NCBI GenBank assembly: GCA_951406725.2
Contig: OX597817.1
Span: 175,894,001-175,958,000, forward strand
Source of the DNA: Octopus vulgaris
Taxonomy: Eukaryota
Length of the DNA stretch: 64,000 nucleotides
Reading direction: 5' to 3'
This document shows positions 24,035-37,976 of this stretch, one piece after another. How positions within the stretch are numbered: position 1 is the stretch's first letter; the number at the start of each line of letters is the position of its first letter. Made by a program: the position numbers and the translations under genes. A model generated the notes under the pieces. That model had not been told where the DNA came from, did not search any database, and worked only from the letters and a program-made list of their open reading frames with translations.

Positions 24035-24130
<96 letters not shown>

Positions 24131-24329
24131 TGTGTGTTTGTGTATGTGTGTTTGTCCCCCTAGATAACCGATGCTGGTGTGTTTACGTCCCCGTCACTTA
24201 GCGGTTCGGCAAAAGAGACCGATAGAATAAGTACTGGGCTTACAAAGAATAAGTCCCGGGGTCGATTTGCTCGACTAAAGGCGGTGCTCCAGCATGGCTG
24301 TAGTCAAATGACTGAAACAAGTAAAAGAG

Positions 24330-24330
<1 letters not shown>
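23792..24330 (+). mobile_element. Full-length SINE family A carrying a LINE 3'-end insertion (23963-24035)
   Basis: GGCGCAGGAGTGGCTGTGTGGT head to GAAACAAGTAAAAGAGT tail. Confidence 0.9.
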
Positions 24331-24393
<63 letters not shown>

Positions 24394-24949
24394 CTCTTTT
24401 ATACGTATATTGGTATATGTGTTTATATGCCTAACTGTCAATCTGCAAATACATACACTTCAAGCCGCAGTCCGATAACCGAAACAAGTAAAAGATACAT
24501 ACATACATACACACAACGTTTATTCAGTGTCATCAAGAGAAATATAACGAATAACTAACAAAAATGTACATCAATAACAAACAGAAAGGAAGGTGGGGGA
24601 AAAGCTGTTATGTCGCAAGTAAACCAGACCGCAATCAGGTATATGAAATTCTGCAATTCTTACACGTTGCATGCAGGCAACTGTTACGAGCGTGTTGAAT
24701 CATGTTCAGATTGTGTATAGGAGTAAGAAAGTAAAATATATTCGCTGAGCATTTAATAAATACTTATTTCTCCTCCGGCTTTCAAAAGCTTTCGCATTTT
24801 TGCAAACGTTGAAAGGAAGAATATCAAAAGGGTTTTCTTCAGCTTTTTTTTTTCGTTTTGTTGTTTTTGGTTTTGAGTTATTTTTTATTGAACGCCTGTT
24901 TCCTTTATTTCTTATTTCTCAACATTTCTATTTATGGCCTTTATAGTTG

Positions 24950-25020
24950 TCGTCGTTGTTATTGTAGACACCGTTGTTGTTGTTATTATTTTTGTTGCTG
25001 TTGTTGTTCTTCTTCTGCTT

Positions 25021-25119
<99 letters not shown>

Positions 25120-25190
25120 ATCATCATCATCATTATTATTATTATCATTATTATTATTGTTGTTGTTATTGTTGTTGTTGTTGTTATTCT
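24950..25190. repeat. (TTA)n/(TTG)n/(CAT)n compound microsatellite
   Basis: Direct reading. Confidence 0.95.
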
Positions 25191-25433
25191 CATCTGTTTA
25201 TTTCACTGTTAGGCGTGTGTTCTCTAATGGATTGAAAATATATGCCGCCATATTGTACACGTACCACTTTCCAAATAAACTGAATCAGAACCAAATGTTC
25301 AGATATATGGACAAACACAAAAACACAAAGCAGTTACGTACATTTCTTCGAACACGCACCCACACACACACTAACGCTCACACACACAGATACTGTGTTT
25401 GTGTTTGTGTGTGTGTGTATGTGTATGAGTGTG

Positions 25434-25469
<36 letters not shown>

Positions 25470-25834
25470 GAGAGAGAGAGAAAGAGAGAAAGAGAGAGGA
25501 AAAGAGAAAGTGCGGGATCTTGTCCACACAAGCTACGAGATAGAAAGTTTTAATAAAGAGAAGAAAACGCGTGATTCCACATGTTTAGTAAGTTATATTA
25601 TTCAAAAATATTTTTACGTACCGGTTTCAGTTTTCTAGAAAAGTTAATCATTGTAATGAACGCTACAAATGCACATTAGAATCTACATGAGAAGTGAAAC
25701 TTCTATGTTATAATGAAATTCAGAATAATCTAATTAATTACAATACAGAAGGAATTGTTTACTTTCTTCTGTTTATTACATACTCACATATATATATACA
25801 TGTATGTATGCATGTCTGTGTATATATAGATCGC

Positions 25835-26040
25835 CATGTTGATTCGCTAGCTTCTGCACGCATTTTTTCTCTCTCCTTGTTTCTCTCTGTGTTTCTTTTC
25901 TGTGAATCTTTCTGTTGAAGAGCGTAGGCTCGAAACGTAAAAGACTTGTTTTATTTATATTCCTGAGCGCCATACTAATACAATTGTTTGTTTGTATTCC
26001 ACCTGCCTTCGTCTTTTGTTTAATTTCATAAAGCTTCCCG

Positions 26041-26042
<2 letters not shown>
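25835..26042 (+). mobile_element. HHR-bearing short element, CUGUUGA subfamily, ending in (TA)n
   Basis: HHR-like motif at 25907-25944; homologous to 20935-21140 and 33480-33643. Confidence 0.75.
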
Positions 26043-26084
<42 letters not shown>

Positions 26085-26137
26085 ATTTTGATTTTGATTT
26101 GATTTTTCCAGTTTCAGCTAATGAGCTGTGGCCATGA

Positions 26138-27348
26138 GATAAAAATGTGCAATTATTTATATCTCTATAGATTAAGTGGCAAATTACAGCTCTGAGCCAA
26201 TTGTGGTTTCTGATTTACAGGTGTTTGAAATGGAGCCTGTTGAGTGTCGACCAGTGATCCGGTTTTTGTATTTGAAAGGACGCACACCACAGGAGACTTT
26301 TGATGAAATGAAAGTAACTTATGGTGATGATGCCCCACTATATGACCTTGTAAAACGCTGGCATCGTGAATTCAAACATGGTCGGAACTCTGTGGAAACA
26401 GCTCCCAGATCTGGTCACCCCCTTCTGCCATTGATGAGGCATCTGTCCGTCAAGTTGAGGCTGCCATTTTGGAAGATCGATGCATAACTATTCGTCAAAT
26501 AGCCCATGAGGTCAAGATTAGTACCGGGTCTGTGGAAACTATCATTCATGACCATTTGCATATGCAAAAGGTGTCTGCCAGATGGATTCCCAGGTTGCTC
26601 ACACCATTCCAGAAGCAAGAAGGCGTCGAGTGCTCGGGGATGAATTTGGAGATGTGCCAAGAAGATGAGTCAAAATTTTTCAAAAGACTGATTACACAGG
26701 ATGAAACCTGGGTCCATCACTATGATTCAGAGACCAAAGCCCAGTCAATGCAGTGGAAGCACCGTGACTCACCCCCTCCAAAGAAGGCAAGGGTTCAGCC
26801 CTCCGCTGGCAAGGTCATGCTCACAGTCTTCTGGGACCAGGACTGAGTAGTGATGACAGATTTCCTGGCAAAGGGTACCACAATTACAGGAGCCTATTAT
26901 GCTTCACTTTTGAGGAAATTATGAGAAGCTATCAAAATCAAGAGGTGGGGCAAGATCAGCAAAGGCATCCTCCTCCTGCAGGACAACGCTCTGTTCCACA
27001 ACTCGCGTGACGCCAGATCAGAAGCACAGGCGTGCTGCTATGAACTCCTCCCCCCCCTACGCTCCTGACCTTGCACCCTCTTATTTTCACCTCTTCCCAG
27101 CCATGAAGTTGTTTTTGAAAGGAAAGCATTTCACAGATGATGCAGCCTTAATTTCTGAAGTCACATCGTGGTTGGAGGACCAAGCTGGGGTCTTCTACAA
27201 AAACGGTCTCCAGAGTTGCATCAAACGATGGGAGAAATGCGTAACTCTGGGTGGTTCCTATGTAGAAAAAGACTAATAACTGTGCCAAGTTTCGTTGCTC
27301 TACTTCTATGGGAAGTGGGTCAGGGGCATTACTTATTGAACGCCCCTC

Positions 27349-27350
<2 letters not shown>
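26138..27350 (+). mobile_element. Mariner transposon, left TIR missing; transposase pseudogene 26230-27276
   Basis: MEPVECRPVIRFLYLKG.., WIPRLL, QDETWVHHY, QDNA, YAPDLAPSYF (third catalytic D replaced by Y), RWEKCV..GSYVEK; in-frame stops and frameshifts; right TIR ..TTACTTATTGAACGCCCCTCG followed by TA. Confidence 0.95.
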
Positions 27351-27381
<31 letters not shown>

Positions 27382-28627
27382 TATGTGTGTGTGTGTGTGT
27401 GTATCTACGTACGTACGTATGTGTGTATATGTGTATATGAATGTAAATTTGTGGTAAGACAAATAAGATCTCCACAAGGAGCCATTTCGATTCTTGTAAA
27501 CGAGTCATTTATTTACTGCGATAACTCAGTGCTAATACCAACGATTATGTGAAATAGATAAACATAGTGAATGAGTCTTAAATGTACCAACATGAAATAA
27601 ATATGTTAGTAATTTCCACAGAATAAATGTCCTGGGTATCCAAAAGTTTCTGCGACCGTCTGCTTCTTCAACAAGTGTAAAATGGGTGCTGCTTTACTAT
27701 AACTGAGAGTCGGTAAGAAGGAGTGGAATGTACAAACGGATCGATGCGAATGCGTTTGTGTTTAACAGAAAAAAATCCTATCTTATCGAGGGAGTCGAAA
27801 TACCTTCTGTTTATTGTATTGATAAGATCTTAATTTAGAAAAGGGAAAATGCTTCGGACCGGTTTATATGACAACTAAACACAAATGAATGTCACAAAAT
27901 AAAATTATTTCGTTTAAATGAGGCATTTACTCATTAGGCATTCTCAATAAATTAGAAATTATTTGAAGCTATGCCTAATGTGAAAGAAATAGAGGCAATA
28001 TAAGAACCTCGAATATACTTATATAAAGAAAATATTCCAGTATATACCGATATGAAATCTTCCGAGACTTTTCGGGAACTGCTCACTTCAGTGTATGTGT
28101 ACAGACGCGTGTGTGCACGCCTGTGGGTGTTTTTGTGTATATATAATCCTTGGTATGGTTAACTAGTTAAGAGGTTTGCTTCACAACAATAAGGTCCTGG
28201 GTTTAGATATCACTGCTTCTTGGTGTTCTGGGCATGTGACTTTTATCATAACCCCAGAGTGACCCACTCTTTGTGACTGAAATTGAAAAGCGGAAAATGT
28301 GTGGAAGCGTGTTGAGTGCACTATACCTGTAATTCACGAAGGCAGGTTAATATGATATATCACGCAGATTCTACTTGATGATTGGGTTTAGAGTACATCT
28401 GTCTCTTCATGTCTCAGTCACTTTCACGCTTAAATAATGAATATGTATTTGACTTAATCGAACATCTGGAATATAACAAGGTTGAAACCTGCAAATATCC
28501 GTATTTACTTATTTACATGCGTCAAAATATAAATACATTTACATAAACACGCATATACTTTGCAAAAAAATACGTCGATACAAGTAAAATATATGCGAAT
28601 ACAATTCTACTCAAAACACACATCATA

Positions 28628-28676
<49 letters not shown>

Positions 28677-28808
28677 TCAAATTGCCGTCTGATGTGACAT
28701 ATGAAATTTACGAACAGATGATACTAATGAATGTTGATAGGCAGCGAGCGATTGAATCGATATAGCCAGATGAATGCCTGAATATGTATATACATCTGCA
28801 TGTATGAC

Positions 28809-29115
28809 ATTATTCAGTTTTATTTCAAGATTTCTTGCCAATAGAGAAAGAGCCGGTTTCTAACCAAGATCCAAGGCTCCTTCATTTGAATTTCAAGACC
28901 AACACCAGGGTGTTTTTTATTTGTATGTATATGTATGTATATATGTATGTACGTACGTACATATGTATATATGTATGTATGTAATGTATGTATGTATGTA
29001 ATGTATGTATGTATGTATGTATGTATGTATGTATGTATGTATGCTTGTGTGTATGTGCAGGTTTGTGTTTCATGTATGTATTCTCATGCATATAGTTGCA
29101 TATCTAGACATGCTC
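28809..29115 (-). mobile_element. 3' UTR of an R4/Dong-type LINE with internal (CATA)n; also at 42711-42985(-) and 61040-61112(+)
   Basis: Shared TTCAAGATTTCTTGC..AGAGCCGGTTTCTAAC..ATCCAAGGCTC; at 42987 it follows an RLE-domain stop codon. Confidence 0.7.
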
Positions 29116-29149
29116 TATATAAAGACAGACAGTCATAATAATACAGACA

Positions 29150-29760
29150 GGCCGTACTTTTCACATAGCCCCCAATGGACAAACTTGGCCACGTTATCGT
29201 GCCTCCTTTTGTAATGCTTTTGGGCCAGCTTACTACACTCACTCACAATATGTGAGATTGTTTCGTTTCTGCTGCCACACATCCTACAAAGGGGCGGAGC
29301 TTGTTCCTGAGTCAGTGCATCCTTTCAGATCACTTTTTCTTAGCCATCTCCAACTGTTGATCATGTCTTTCCTTCGATTTCTCTGAGATATTGTCCATGC
29401 AGTGATTTCATTTTCCACTTGATTACTCTTTCGTCTTTATCTTGTTTCTTAAATGTTTGTGGTTGTATCACATTCTTGATAGGTATTGTGTTGTTAATTC
29501 TAACAGCGGCAAGCAAGGATTCACTCTGCTGTTTGATGTACCATCACAGACTGTTCTTCTTGTTGACAACACAGATCTTGAACTCTTTGAGACTTCTGCT
29601 ACTCCAATTTCTAGGCACATACAATCTGTCAGTATCGCTTTTGGGATGTAGTTCCTTGTTAATTGTCATCACTTTTCCTGTTTTCCTGTCCATTTCCTCA
29701 AGCTTGTCCATTTAACAGCACCTGCGCCGCATCGCATTAAGGAAACATCCCATGTGTTCA
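29150..29760 (-). pseudogene. R4/Dong-clade (RLE-type) non-LTR retrotransposon fragment
   Basis: Minus strand gives LHPKSDTDRLYVPR, WKMKSLHGQY and the CCHC knuckle PLCRMCGSRNETISHIVSECSKLAQKHYKRRHDNVAKFVHWGLCEKYG. Confidence 0.85.
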
Positions 29761-30058
29761 TTGCCCTGTACAGCTGTAAAGTTATGAACTTGATTACATC
29801 ACATATTTGCACGCTCGAATTATGATGTGAATGCATTCCTGACGCCTATTATTATTGGTCGACGTATCTGCTTCCATTCACGCTCGACGAAGATCGTTCT
29901 TACAGAACTGACTTCCTACTTCAACCCTACCCGCCCCGGACAGAGGAGTTGGAGGCTAAGCATGGCGTTTATATGTGCATTGCCTGAGGAATAGACTGTC
30001 TATACCACACTTACTTCAGCATTCTGTAACACATTCTCTCTCTCTCCCTCCCTCTCTG

Positions 30059-30105
<47 letters not shown>

Positions 30106-30249
30106 ACACACAGAGGCTCACACACACACATATATATGTATATATATATATATACATATACAAGTATATATTTGTATGTGTATGCATGTGCATATATATA
30201 TATATATACATACATACATACATACACGCACAAGCACATTCATATACAT

Positions 30250-30290
<41 letters not shown>

Positions 30291-30743
30291 CATATACATA
30301 CATACATATATGTGTTTATTTATTTATTATTTATTTTCATATATGACCGGGAAGAGAGAGAGAGAGAGAGGATGAGAAAATAAAAAGGGAAGAAGAAACA
30401 AATCGTCCTACTCTAGTTTTTCATTGATCTTAGATACCGAGTGAAGTCAATGAACAGCTTAGATCCAATCAAGCTGGCTCTATACTTCTGCTACTTTTAA
30501 TTGATCACTCCTACCAATAAGTTATCGGCTTCAAACGCCACCAGCTTAGTGTTGTTTCTATGAAAACTGGCCACCTATCAAAATGCTATTCTTATGTCTA
30601 TCACCTGCATCTATCTCTCACTTTCTCATATTCTCTCTCTCCTTCACTCCTTCTCTCTCTCTCTCTTTCTCCTTCCTCTCTCTTTCTTCCTCGTCCCTCT
30701 CATTTTATTAATCTTTTATTTTTGCTTCTGTTCTCCCTCTCGC

Positions 30744-30816
<73 letters not shown>

Positions 30817-30991
30817 TTTCTTTGTCTTGATTTCTCTTTTAGAAGAGAGAATATTGAAGCATAAAACGGGATTCTTTAATGAATTCCCCAACACCTTTTG
30901 CGTATGTTTGGCGAAAACTTTTGGAAGATATCACGATTTCTATCAACAAAAAAAATTAATTTAAGCTATTTCAATATTATTACATAAATAT

Positions 30992-31032
<41 letters not shown>

Positions 31033-31206
31033 CTTCTATTTCTCTCGTTTTTACTTTCTCTGTTTTCATTTTTTCCTCTCCCCCTTCACTCCCCCTCTCT
31101 CTCTCTCTCATTCTTGCACCTCTTCGTCCTCCTCCTCTCATCTTCTTTATTCCATACTTCACTCTTTTCTTTCGATATATGTATATATATTTTATTTATT
31201 TATTCG

Positions 31207-31451
31207 CCCTTTTCAAGCTTAGCCAGGCTCATGGGCCCGGTTTCCCGGTTTCTGTGGCGTATGTGTTCCTCCCAAGCGAATGGGACGCCAGTCCATCGCA
31301 GCGTTACTCAAGAAACAAGGAAGAAAGAGTGAGATAAAGTTGGGACGAAAGAGTACGATAGGGGTCGCCGCCACTCCCTCCCGGTCTGGGAATCGAAACC
31401 GCGATCCTCCGACCGCGAGTCCGCTGCCCTAACCACTGGGCCATTGCGCCT

Positions 31452-31453
<2 letters not shown>
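31207..31453 (-). mobile_element. SINE family C (tRNA-Arg-like head, tail type 2)
   Basis: Reverse complement GGAGGCGCAATGGCCCAGTGGTTAGGGCAGCGGACTCGCGG..GGTTTCGATTCCC; similar to 53114-53393. Confidence 0.85.
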
Positions 31454-31520
<67 letters not shown>

Positions 31521-32122
31521 TGTGGGTGTGGGTATGGTGTGTATGTAAGATATATATATATATATTATATCACAAAAATACTCGCACATGTACTGGTGCT
31601 GTTGTTCAGTTAAAGTGCTTTTTTTCTCCCGTATCGCGACTGTCATCTCGTTAGCAAGTTCTAAATCCTATACCATCTATTTGGTAGTGATTTGAAGAAA
31701 GTCGTATTCCAGCATTTTCCCCAATATTCTTTCCGCTTGTATACATTATTTTTATCATTCTGGACCTATTCTCCCTCCCACTCGCATATTGTTGTCATCT
31801 GTAAATTAGGTTTTCATACATTTTACTGTACTCTCCTCCGCCTCACAGATGTTTACAAACACTACCACGCAGCAGATATGTACATGTATGGGTTAAATGG
31901 GTAGAAACTATATTGATACTGGATTCTTCGGCTGACGACAAGTTTTCTATGTTCCTTTGTCCTTTCCGAATACTCTTCTCCGTGCCGTTTCACTTTCATT
32001 TACATGCGCGCGCACACCCACACACTGTTGTTCTATAGGCTAAATGAAGCAACATACAATATATAATCATATATGTTTAAATAAATATAACGGAACCATC
32101 ATCATTTGTGTGTGTGTGTGTT

Positions 32123-32178
<56 letters not shown>

Positions 32179-32217
32179 CGTAAGTGTGTGAGCGTGTGTA
32201 GCATTTACATATATACA

Positions 32218-32471
32218 GGCGTAGGCGTAGCAGTATGGTAAGAAGTTTGTTTCCCAACTACATTGTTCCGGGTTTAGTTTGCCTTGAGCAGGTGTCTTTT
32301 ACTATAGCTTTGCACCTTGGGCAAGTGTCTTCTACCATAGCCTCGGACCGACCAAAGCCTTGTGAGTGGATTTGGTAGTCGGAAACTGAAAGAAGCCCGT
32401 CGTATATATATATATATTTGTGTGTGTGTGTGTGTAATAATATAAATAATATATGTATATATATATATATA

Positions 32472-32534
<63 letters not shown>

Positions 32535-33045
32535 GCATATATACATACATATATGTACATACATCTATACGTATATATATATATATATGCATTTGTGGGC
32601 ACAGGACGTCACGAAACATGTACAACAAAAAATACGATGTACGAGTACATGGAATATGAACTATTTTTCGAACAACGAAAAACACAAATGTAAAACAAGA
32701 CAAGCAATATAAAGTATAACCCTTCATCAGTTGTTGGCTGTTTTCCTACTCTCGTATTTCGAGCATTTCAGTATGTATGTATACATGTATGTATGTATGT
32801 ATGTATGTATGTATGTATGTATGTATGTATATGTTTGCGTGCCTGTGTGTGTGTTCCCAACATCACTTGACAACCAGTGATGATGTGTTTACGTCTCCGT
32901 AACTTGGCGGTTTGGCAAAAGAGACCGATAAAATCGGCTTCCAAAGAATAAGTCCTGGGGTCGATTTGCTCGACTAAAGGCGGTGCTCCAGCATCCCCAC
33001 AGTCAAATGATTGAAACAAATAAAAGAATAAAATAATAAAAGAAT
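32218..33045 (+). mobile_element. SINE family A split by an insertion in its internal microsatellite (about 32435-32830)
   Basis: Head 32218-32420, tail 32840-33045. Confidence 0.8.
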
Positions 33046-33289
33046 ATAACTAGTAGAGATTCGAATATCTGTGAAGTTTTGACTTAATTTTGAAAATCTG
33101 GTTGCTAACGTCTTTGATGATGACAATGTATATAACAAGGCTAAATCCAAGTTTCTACAATTTATCTGCTGGTTAACGACGGTTTTCCATTCTGTATAAA
33201 ATGAGTGATACCAGTCTCGAGAAACACATACGCGTCCGGGAATAATTTGTGTACAATTCAGTAATCACACACATGTCTATTATGGCCTT

Positions 33290-33639
33290 TTTTTCTTTTG
33301 CTTCTCTACGGACCTTTCCTCTTCCCATTTCTGACGAAGAGCCATGCTCGAAACGTTTCACACACACATACCTTTCTTCCTTTCATCTTAAACTGAGCGT
33401 CAGCTAAATACATTTATTGTCTTCGTCCTTTTGTTGCTTTTGTTGATTATTTTTATTTTCGATTTACCTATATATATATTTTTTTTTTCTCCTTGTTTCT
33501 TTCCTTGTTTTCTGTGTCCCTTTCTGTTGAAGAGCGTAGGCTCGAAACGTAAAAGACATTTCTATTCCTGAGCGTTATACTAATAAATCTGTTTGTTTTG
33601 TACACCACCTGTCTTTTGTTGTTTTTTTTCGTAAACTCT

Positions 33640-33643
<4 letters not shown>
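33290..33643 (+). mobile_element. Two adjacent HHR-bearing short elements, each ending in (TA)n
   Basis: CUGACGA-A-GAGC-CAU-GCUC-GAAACGU at 33331-33356 and CUGUUGA-A-GAGC-GUAG-GCUC-GAAACGU at 33524-33550; both followed by CTGAGCG. Confidence 0.72.
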
Positions 33644-33718
<75 letters not shown>

Positions 33719-34173
33719 CCCGCTTAGATTTGATTCATTCAAATTTAATCGGGATTGTGAACGGTGGAATGATCACATCAGGCAAATCGCAGCAAGTATT
33801 GCTAGATGCGTAACGATGCATTATTTTCTACTCTCTTTATTTCCTTTGCTTTTACCCTTTAGATTTTAAGCACCCCTCGAGGGAGATTTTTGTTTCCTAA
33901 TTGTTTCGTTTTTCATCTCACTGCATTAAATATGCAAGACCGTATATATATATACAGACGTTCACATATACACACACATGTTCACATATACACACACAAA
34001 TAATTACACATACATATATTTATATATGTTTGTAACTGTATGTGTATGCATATGGGGTATATAACAAACACACACACATATATGAATATAGGTATATCTT
34101 TATACATTCGTATGTATACATTATAGATATGCACATACATATACGTATATATAAATATACATATATATATATA

Positions 34174-34218
<45 letters not shown>

Positions 34219-35262
34219 GAATGTATAACGATATATTTATGATATATATATATATATATATACGTACTCATACTTCACACATATACTTACACGCACACAC
34301 ATACACAAACACATACACAGAGGCACACATATAAATATTAAAATTGTAACCAAGGTTACTATTTTATGTTTGATAAAGATATTTTTAGTCTTGCTGGGCA
34401 AATTGGCCTGTGGTGCCTATTTTCACAGCGAGGCTAAAAACATGTTTATTAATAAGTTATGTTTATTAAACTTATAATCGTAACCTTGGTTACAAGTTTC
34501 ATCTCATAAATGTTTTGTCAGTGCTCCAGTCAATTAACGTGTTTGTGTGTGTGTGTGTGTGTGTGTGAGTGTGTGTGTGTGTGCGTGTGTGTATAGGGTA
34601 TTCTGCGCGTGTATTATATATTCTGTATGCGTCTGCGTGTATGCGCGTGTGTTTGTATATAATTATATATGCATATATATACACGCACACATGCACACAT
34701 ATGCACTCATACGTCCAGACATCAACGCAGAGTGTGTGTGTGAGAGAGAGAGTGAGGGAAAGGGAGGGAGTGAAAGAGAGGGGGAGAAGGGGAGAAAGAG
34801 AGAGGGAGGAAGAGAGAGAGAGGGAGAGAGGGAGAGGGGGAGAAAGTGAGAGGGAGGGAGGAAAAGAGAGAGCGATGGAGGAAGAGAGAGAGAGAGAGAG
34901 TGAGAAAGAGGAAAAGGGAGAGAGAGGTGGAGAGAGGGGGGAGAGAGAGAGAGAGAGAGAGAATATCATTACTTTTGTTCAGCCCCAAGTCAGGCTCGAT
35001 AAAGCAGACCTCTGTTTAAGAAGTCCATACCTTCACATTCTGCAGTATAGTATGTGATTAGAGGATTATTTGGCTGCTATTTCTAACAATTTGAGCGGGC
35101 ACCTAAACTCTCTATCGTCACTCTCTCTCTCTCTCTCTCTTTCTCTGTCTACCTGTCTCTCTCTCCCCCTTTCTCTCCCTCTCTTACTTCCCTCTCTCTC
35201 GGTCTCTCTCTCTCTCTCTCATTCCCTTCCAGTCAGTCATTCTCTATCTCGTTATATATATC

Positions 35263-36243
35263 CTTTTCTACTCTAGGCACAAGGCCCGAAATTTTGGGGG
35301 AGGGGGCTTGTCGATTAGATCTCCCCAATACGCAACTGGTACTTAATTTGTCAACCCCGAAGAGATGAAAAACAAAGTCGATCTCGGCGGAATTTGAACT
35401 CAGAATGTAAAGACAGACGAAACACCAATTTCTTTACTACCCACAAGGGGCTAAACACAGGGGACAAACAAGATCAAACGGATTAAGTCGATTTCATTGA
35501 CCCCAGTGCGTAACTGGTACTTAACTTATCGACCCCAAAATGATGAAAGGCAAAGTCGACCTCGGCGGAATTTGAACTCAGAACGCAGCGGCGGACGAAA
35601 TACCGCAAAGCATTTCGCCCGGTGTGCTAACGTTTCTTATTTCTTTATTGCCCACAAGGGGCTTAACATAGAGGGGACAAACAAGGACAGACAAACGGAT
35701 TAAGTCGATTACATCGACCCCAGTGCGTAACTGGTACTTAATTTATCGACCTCGAAAGGATGAAAGGTAAAGTCGACCTCAGCGGAATGTGAACTCAGAA
35801 GGTAACAGTAGACGAAATACCTATTTCTATTTCTTTACTACCCACAAGGGACTAAACAAAGAGAGGACAAACAAGGACAGACAAACGGATTAAGTCGATT
35901 ATATCGACCCGAGTGCGTAACTGATACTTATTTAATCGACTCCGAAAGGATGAAAGGCAAAGTCCACCTCGGCGGAATTCGAACTCGGAACGTAGCGGCA
36001 GACGAAATACCTATTTCTTTATTACCCACGAGGGTAAACATAAAGGGGACAAACAAGGACAGACATAGGTATGAAGTCGATTACATCGAGCCCAGTGCGT
36101 AACTGGTACTTAATTTATCGACCCCGAAAGGATGAAAGCAAAGTCGACCTCGGCGGAATTCGAACATGGAACGTAGCAGCAGACGAAATACCGCTAAGCA
36201 TTTCGCCCGGCGTGCAAAACGTTCCTGCCAGCTCGCCGCCTTA
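35263..36243 (-). mobile_element. Pentameric tandem array of SINE family B within a single TSD
   Basis: Five units of about 160-230 bp; TSD TCTCGTTAT(A/T)TATATC at 35247-35262 and 36245-36260. Confidence 0.88.
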
Positions 36244-36499
36244 TTCTCGTTATTTATATCGCTCGTCCATTTTATCATGTTTTGACAGTTCAATTACTTT
36301 TAATTCTCTCTTTCTATGTCTATTTCAGCCATGGACAACCTACTGCCCGCGGGACGTAATGAATGACATGCCTGAATTTTCTTAGTAGTGCGGCTTGCCG
36401 GATGGTGAAGCATTTCTCCTGTGGCTCGCTTCTCGAAAACGGTTGCCATGCTTGGCTGTTTCCCCAACTTTACTGCTCTCAATTGTCGAAATGCTTTGC

Positions 36500-36899
36500 C
36501 CTCCACCTTCCTCTCCCTCAAAGTCTTTCTATTCCCATCTACTTTTCCCTGTCTTCCCCTCTCTCTAGCTTTATCTCTCTCTTTCCATCTCTCTCACTCT
36601 TTCACTTGTTTTTTCAGTTTTTCCTCTTCTCCTCCTTCCCTTCTCCTCCTTCTCTCTATTCCAACTCAAACGTCTATCTCTTATTCTGCCTTTTCTCTCA
36701 TTCTCGTTCACTAACTCCTTCTCTCTTTATCATTCTCTTTGCCATCCTCCATTTTCTGTGTGTTTTTCTCTTTCCTCTCCATCTTCCCCTCTCTCTCCCA
36801 TTCTCTCTTCCAACTTTCTCTTTGTTGAAATTTCCATCTCTTCCTTTCTTTCTCTCGCCTTTTTTCTTTCTCTTTATTTCTTTCGCTTTATCCCTCATC

Positions 36900-36947
<48 letters not shown>

Positions 36948-37227
36948 CCTCTTAGCCTTTTCTCCTTTTCATCTATGCATTTCTGCTTCTCTGTTTGACA
37001 CTCGTTTTTCTTTGTCTCTCATTCCGTTTTTCTTTCTGTGTATTTGCATGCCTGTCTGCCTGTCTCTCTCTCCTCTCTCTCTCTTCCTCTCTCTCTTCCT
37101 CTCTCTCTCACTCCTCTCTTCCCCCTCTCTCTCTCTCTCTTTCTGTCTTTATCTCCCCATTTCTGTTACTGTTTCTTTCACTGTTATTCTCTCTTTTCTC
37201 CAGTTTCCGTCATTCTGCCTATCTCTA

Positions 37228-37266
<39 letters not shown>

Positions 37267-37298
37267 GTATTTGGCTTTCTTCTGCACTCTCTTGCCCC

Positions 37299-37367
<69 letters not shown>

Positions 37368-37400
37368 CTCCCTTCGTCTCATTCAGTCTTTCTTTCCTCT
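36500..37400. repeat. Polypyrimidine/(CT)n low-complexity tract (another at 39277-39900; polypurine at 34740-34962)
   Basis: Direct reading. Confidence 0.9.
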
Positions 37401-37667
37401 TCACTAATGAAACATTACTCTTCCCTACTCGACATCAACATTATCTCTCATTAAAATTACTATTAATTACTACACGTTATCAATCGATAAACTCATTAAT
37501 TACACCTGCTTAATTTGGTTTCGTTTTGTTTTCATATCCTTTTGTTGTGTTGTCTGTCTTCTTCCTGAAACCTTTCTTTCACTCAGTCCACCATCATCAC
37601 ACAGCCATTGTTGTCTATCTATCCTTCCCTCTTCCCCCTTTCTTTTATATATTTGTATACATGCATT

Positions 37668-37725
<58 letters not shown>

Positions 37726-37856
37726 TATATAAATATATATATATACATATATACATATATACATATACATATATATGTGTATATATATATATATATATGT
37801 ATGTATATGTATATATATGTATATATATAAACTAACACATATATGTATATTATACT

Positions 37857-37976
<120 letters not shown>

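Noticed and set aside
26176-27276. Possible domesticated SETMAR-like gene
   Set aside because: No SET domain; stops, frameshifts, a mutated catalytic Asp and a retained TIR indicate a dead mariner copy.
35263-36243. Regularly spaced repeats resembling a CRISPR array
   Set aside because: Whole units repeat with no unique spacers; eukaryotic SINE multimer with no cas genes.
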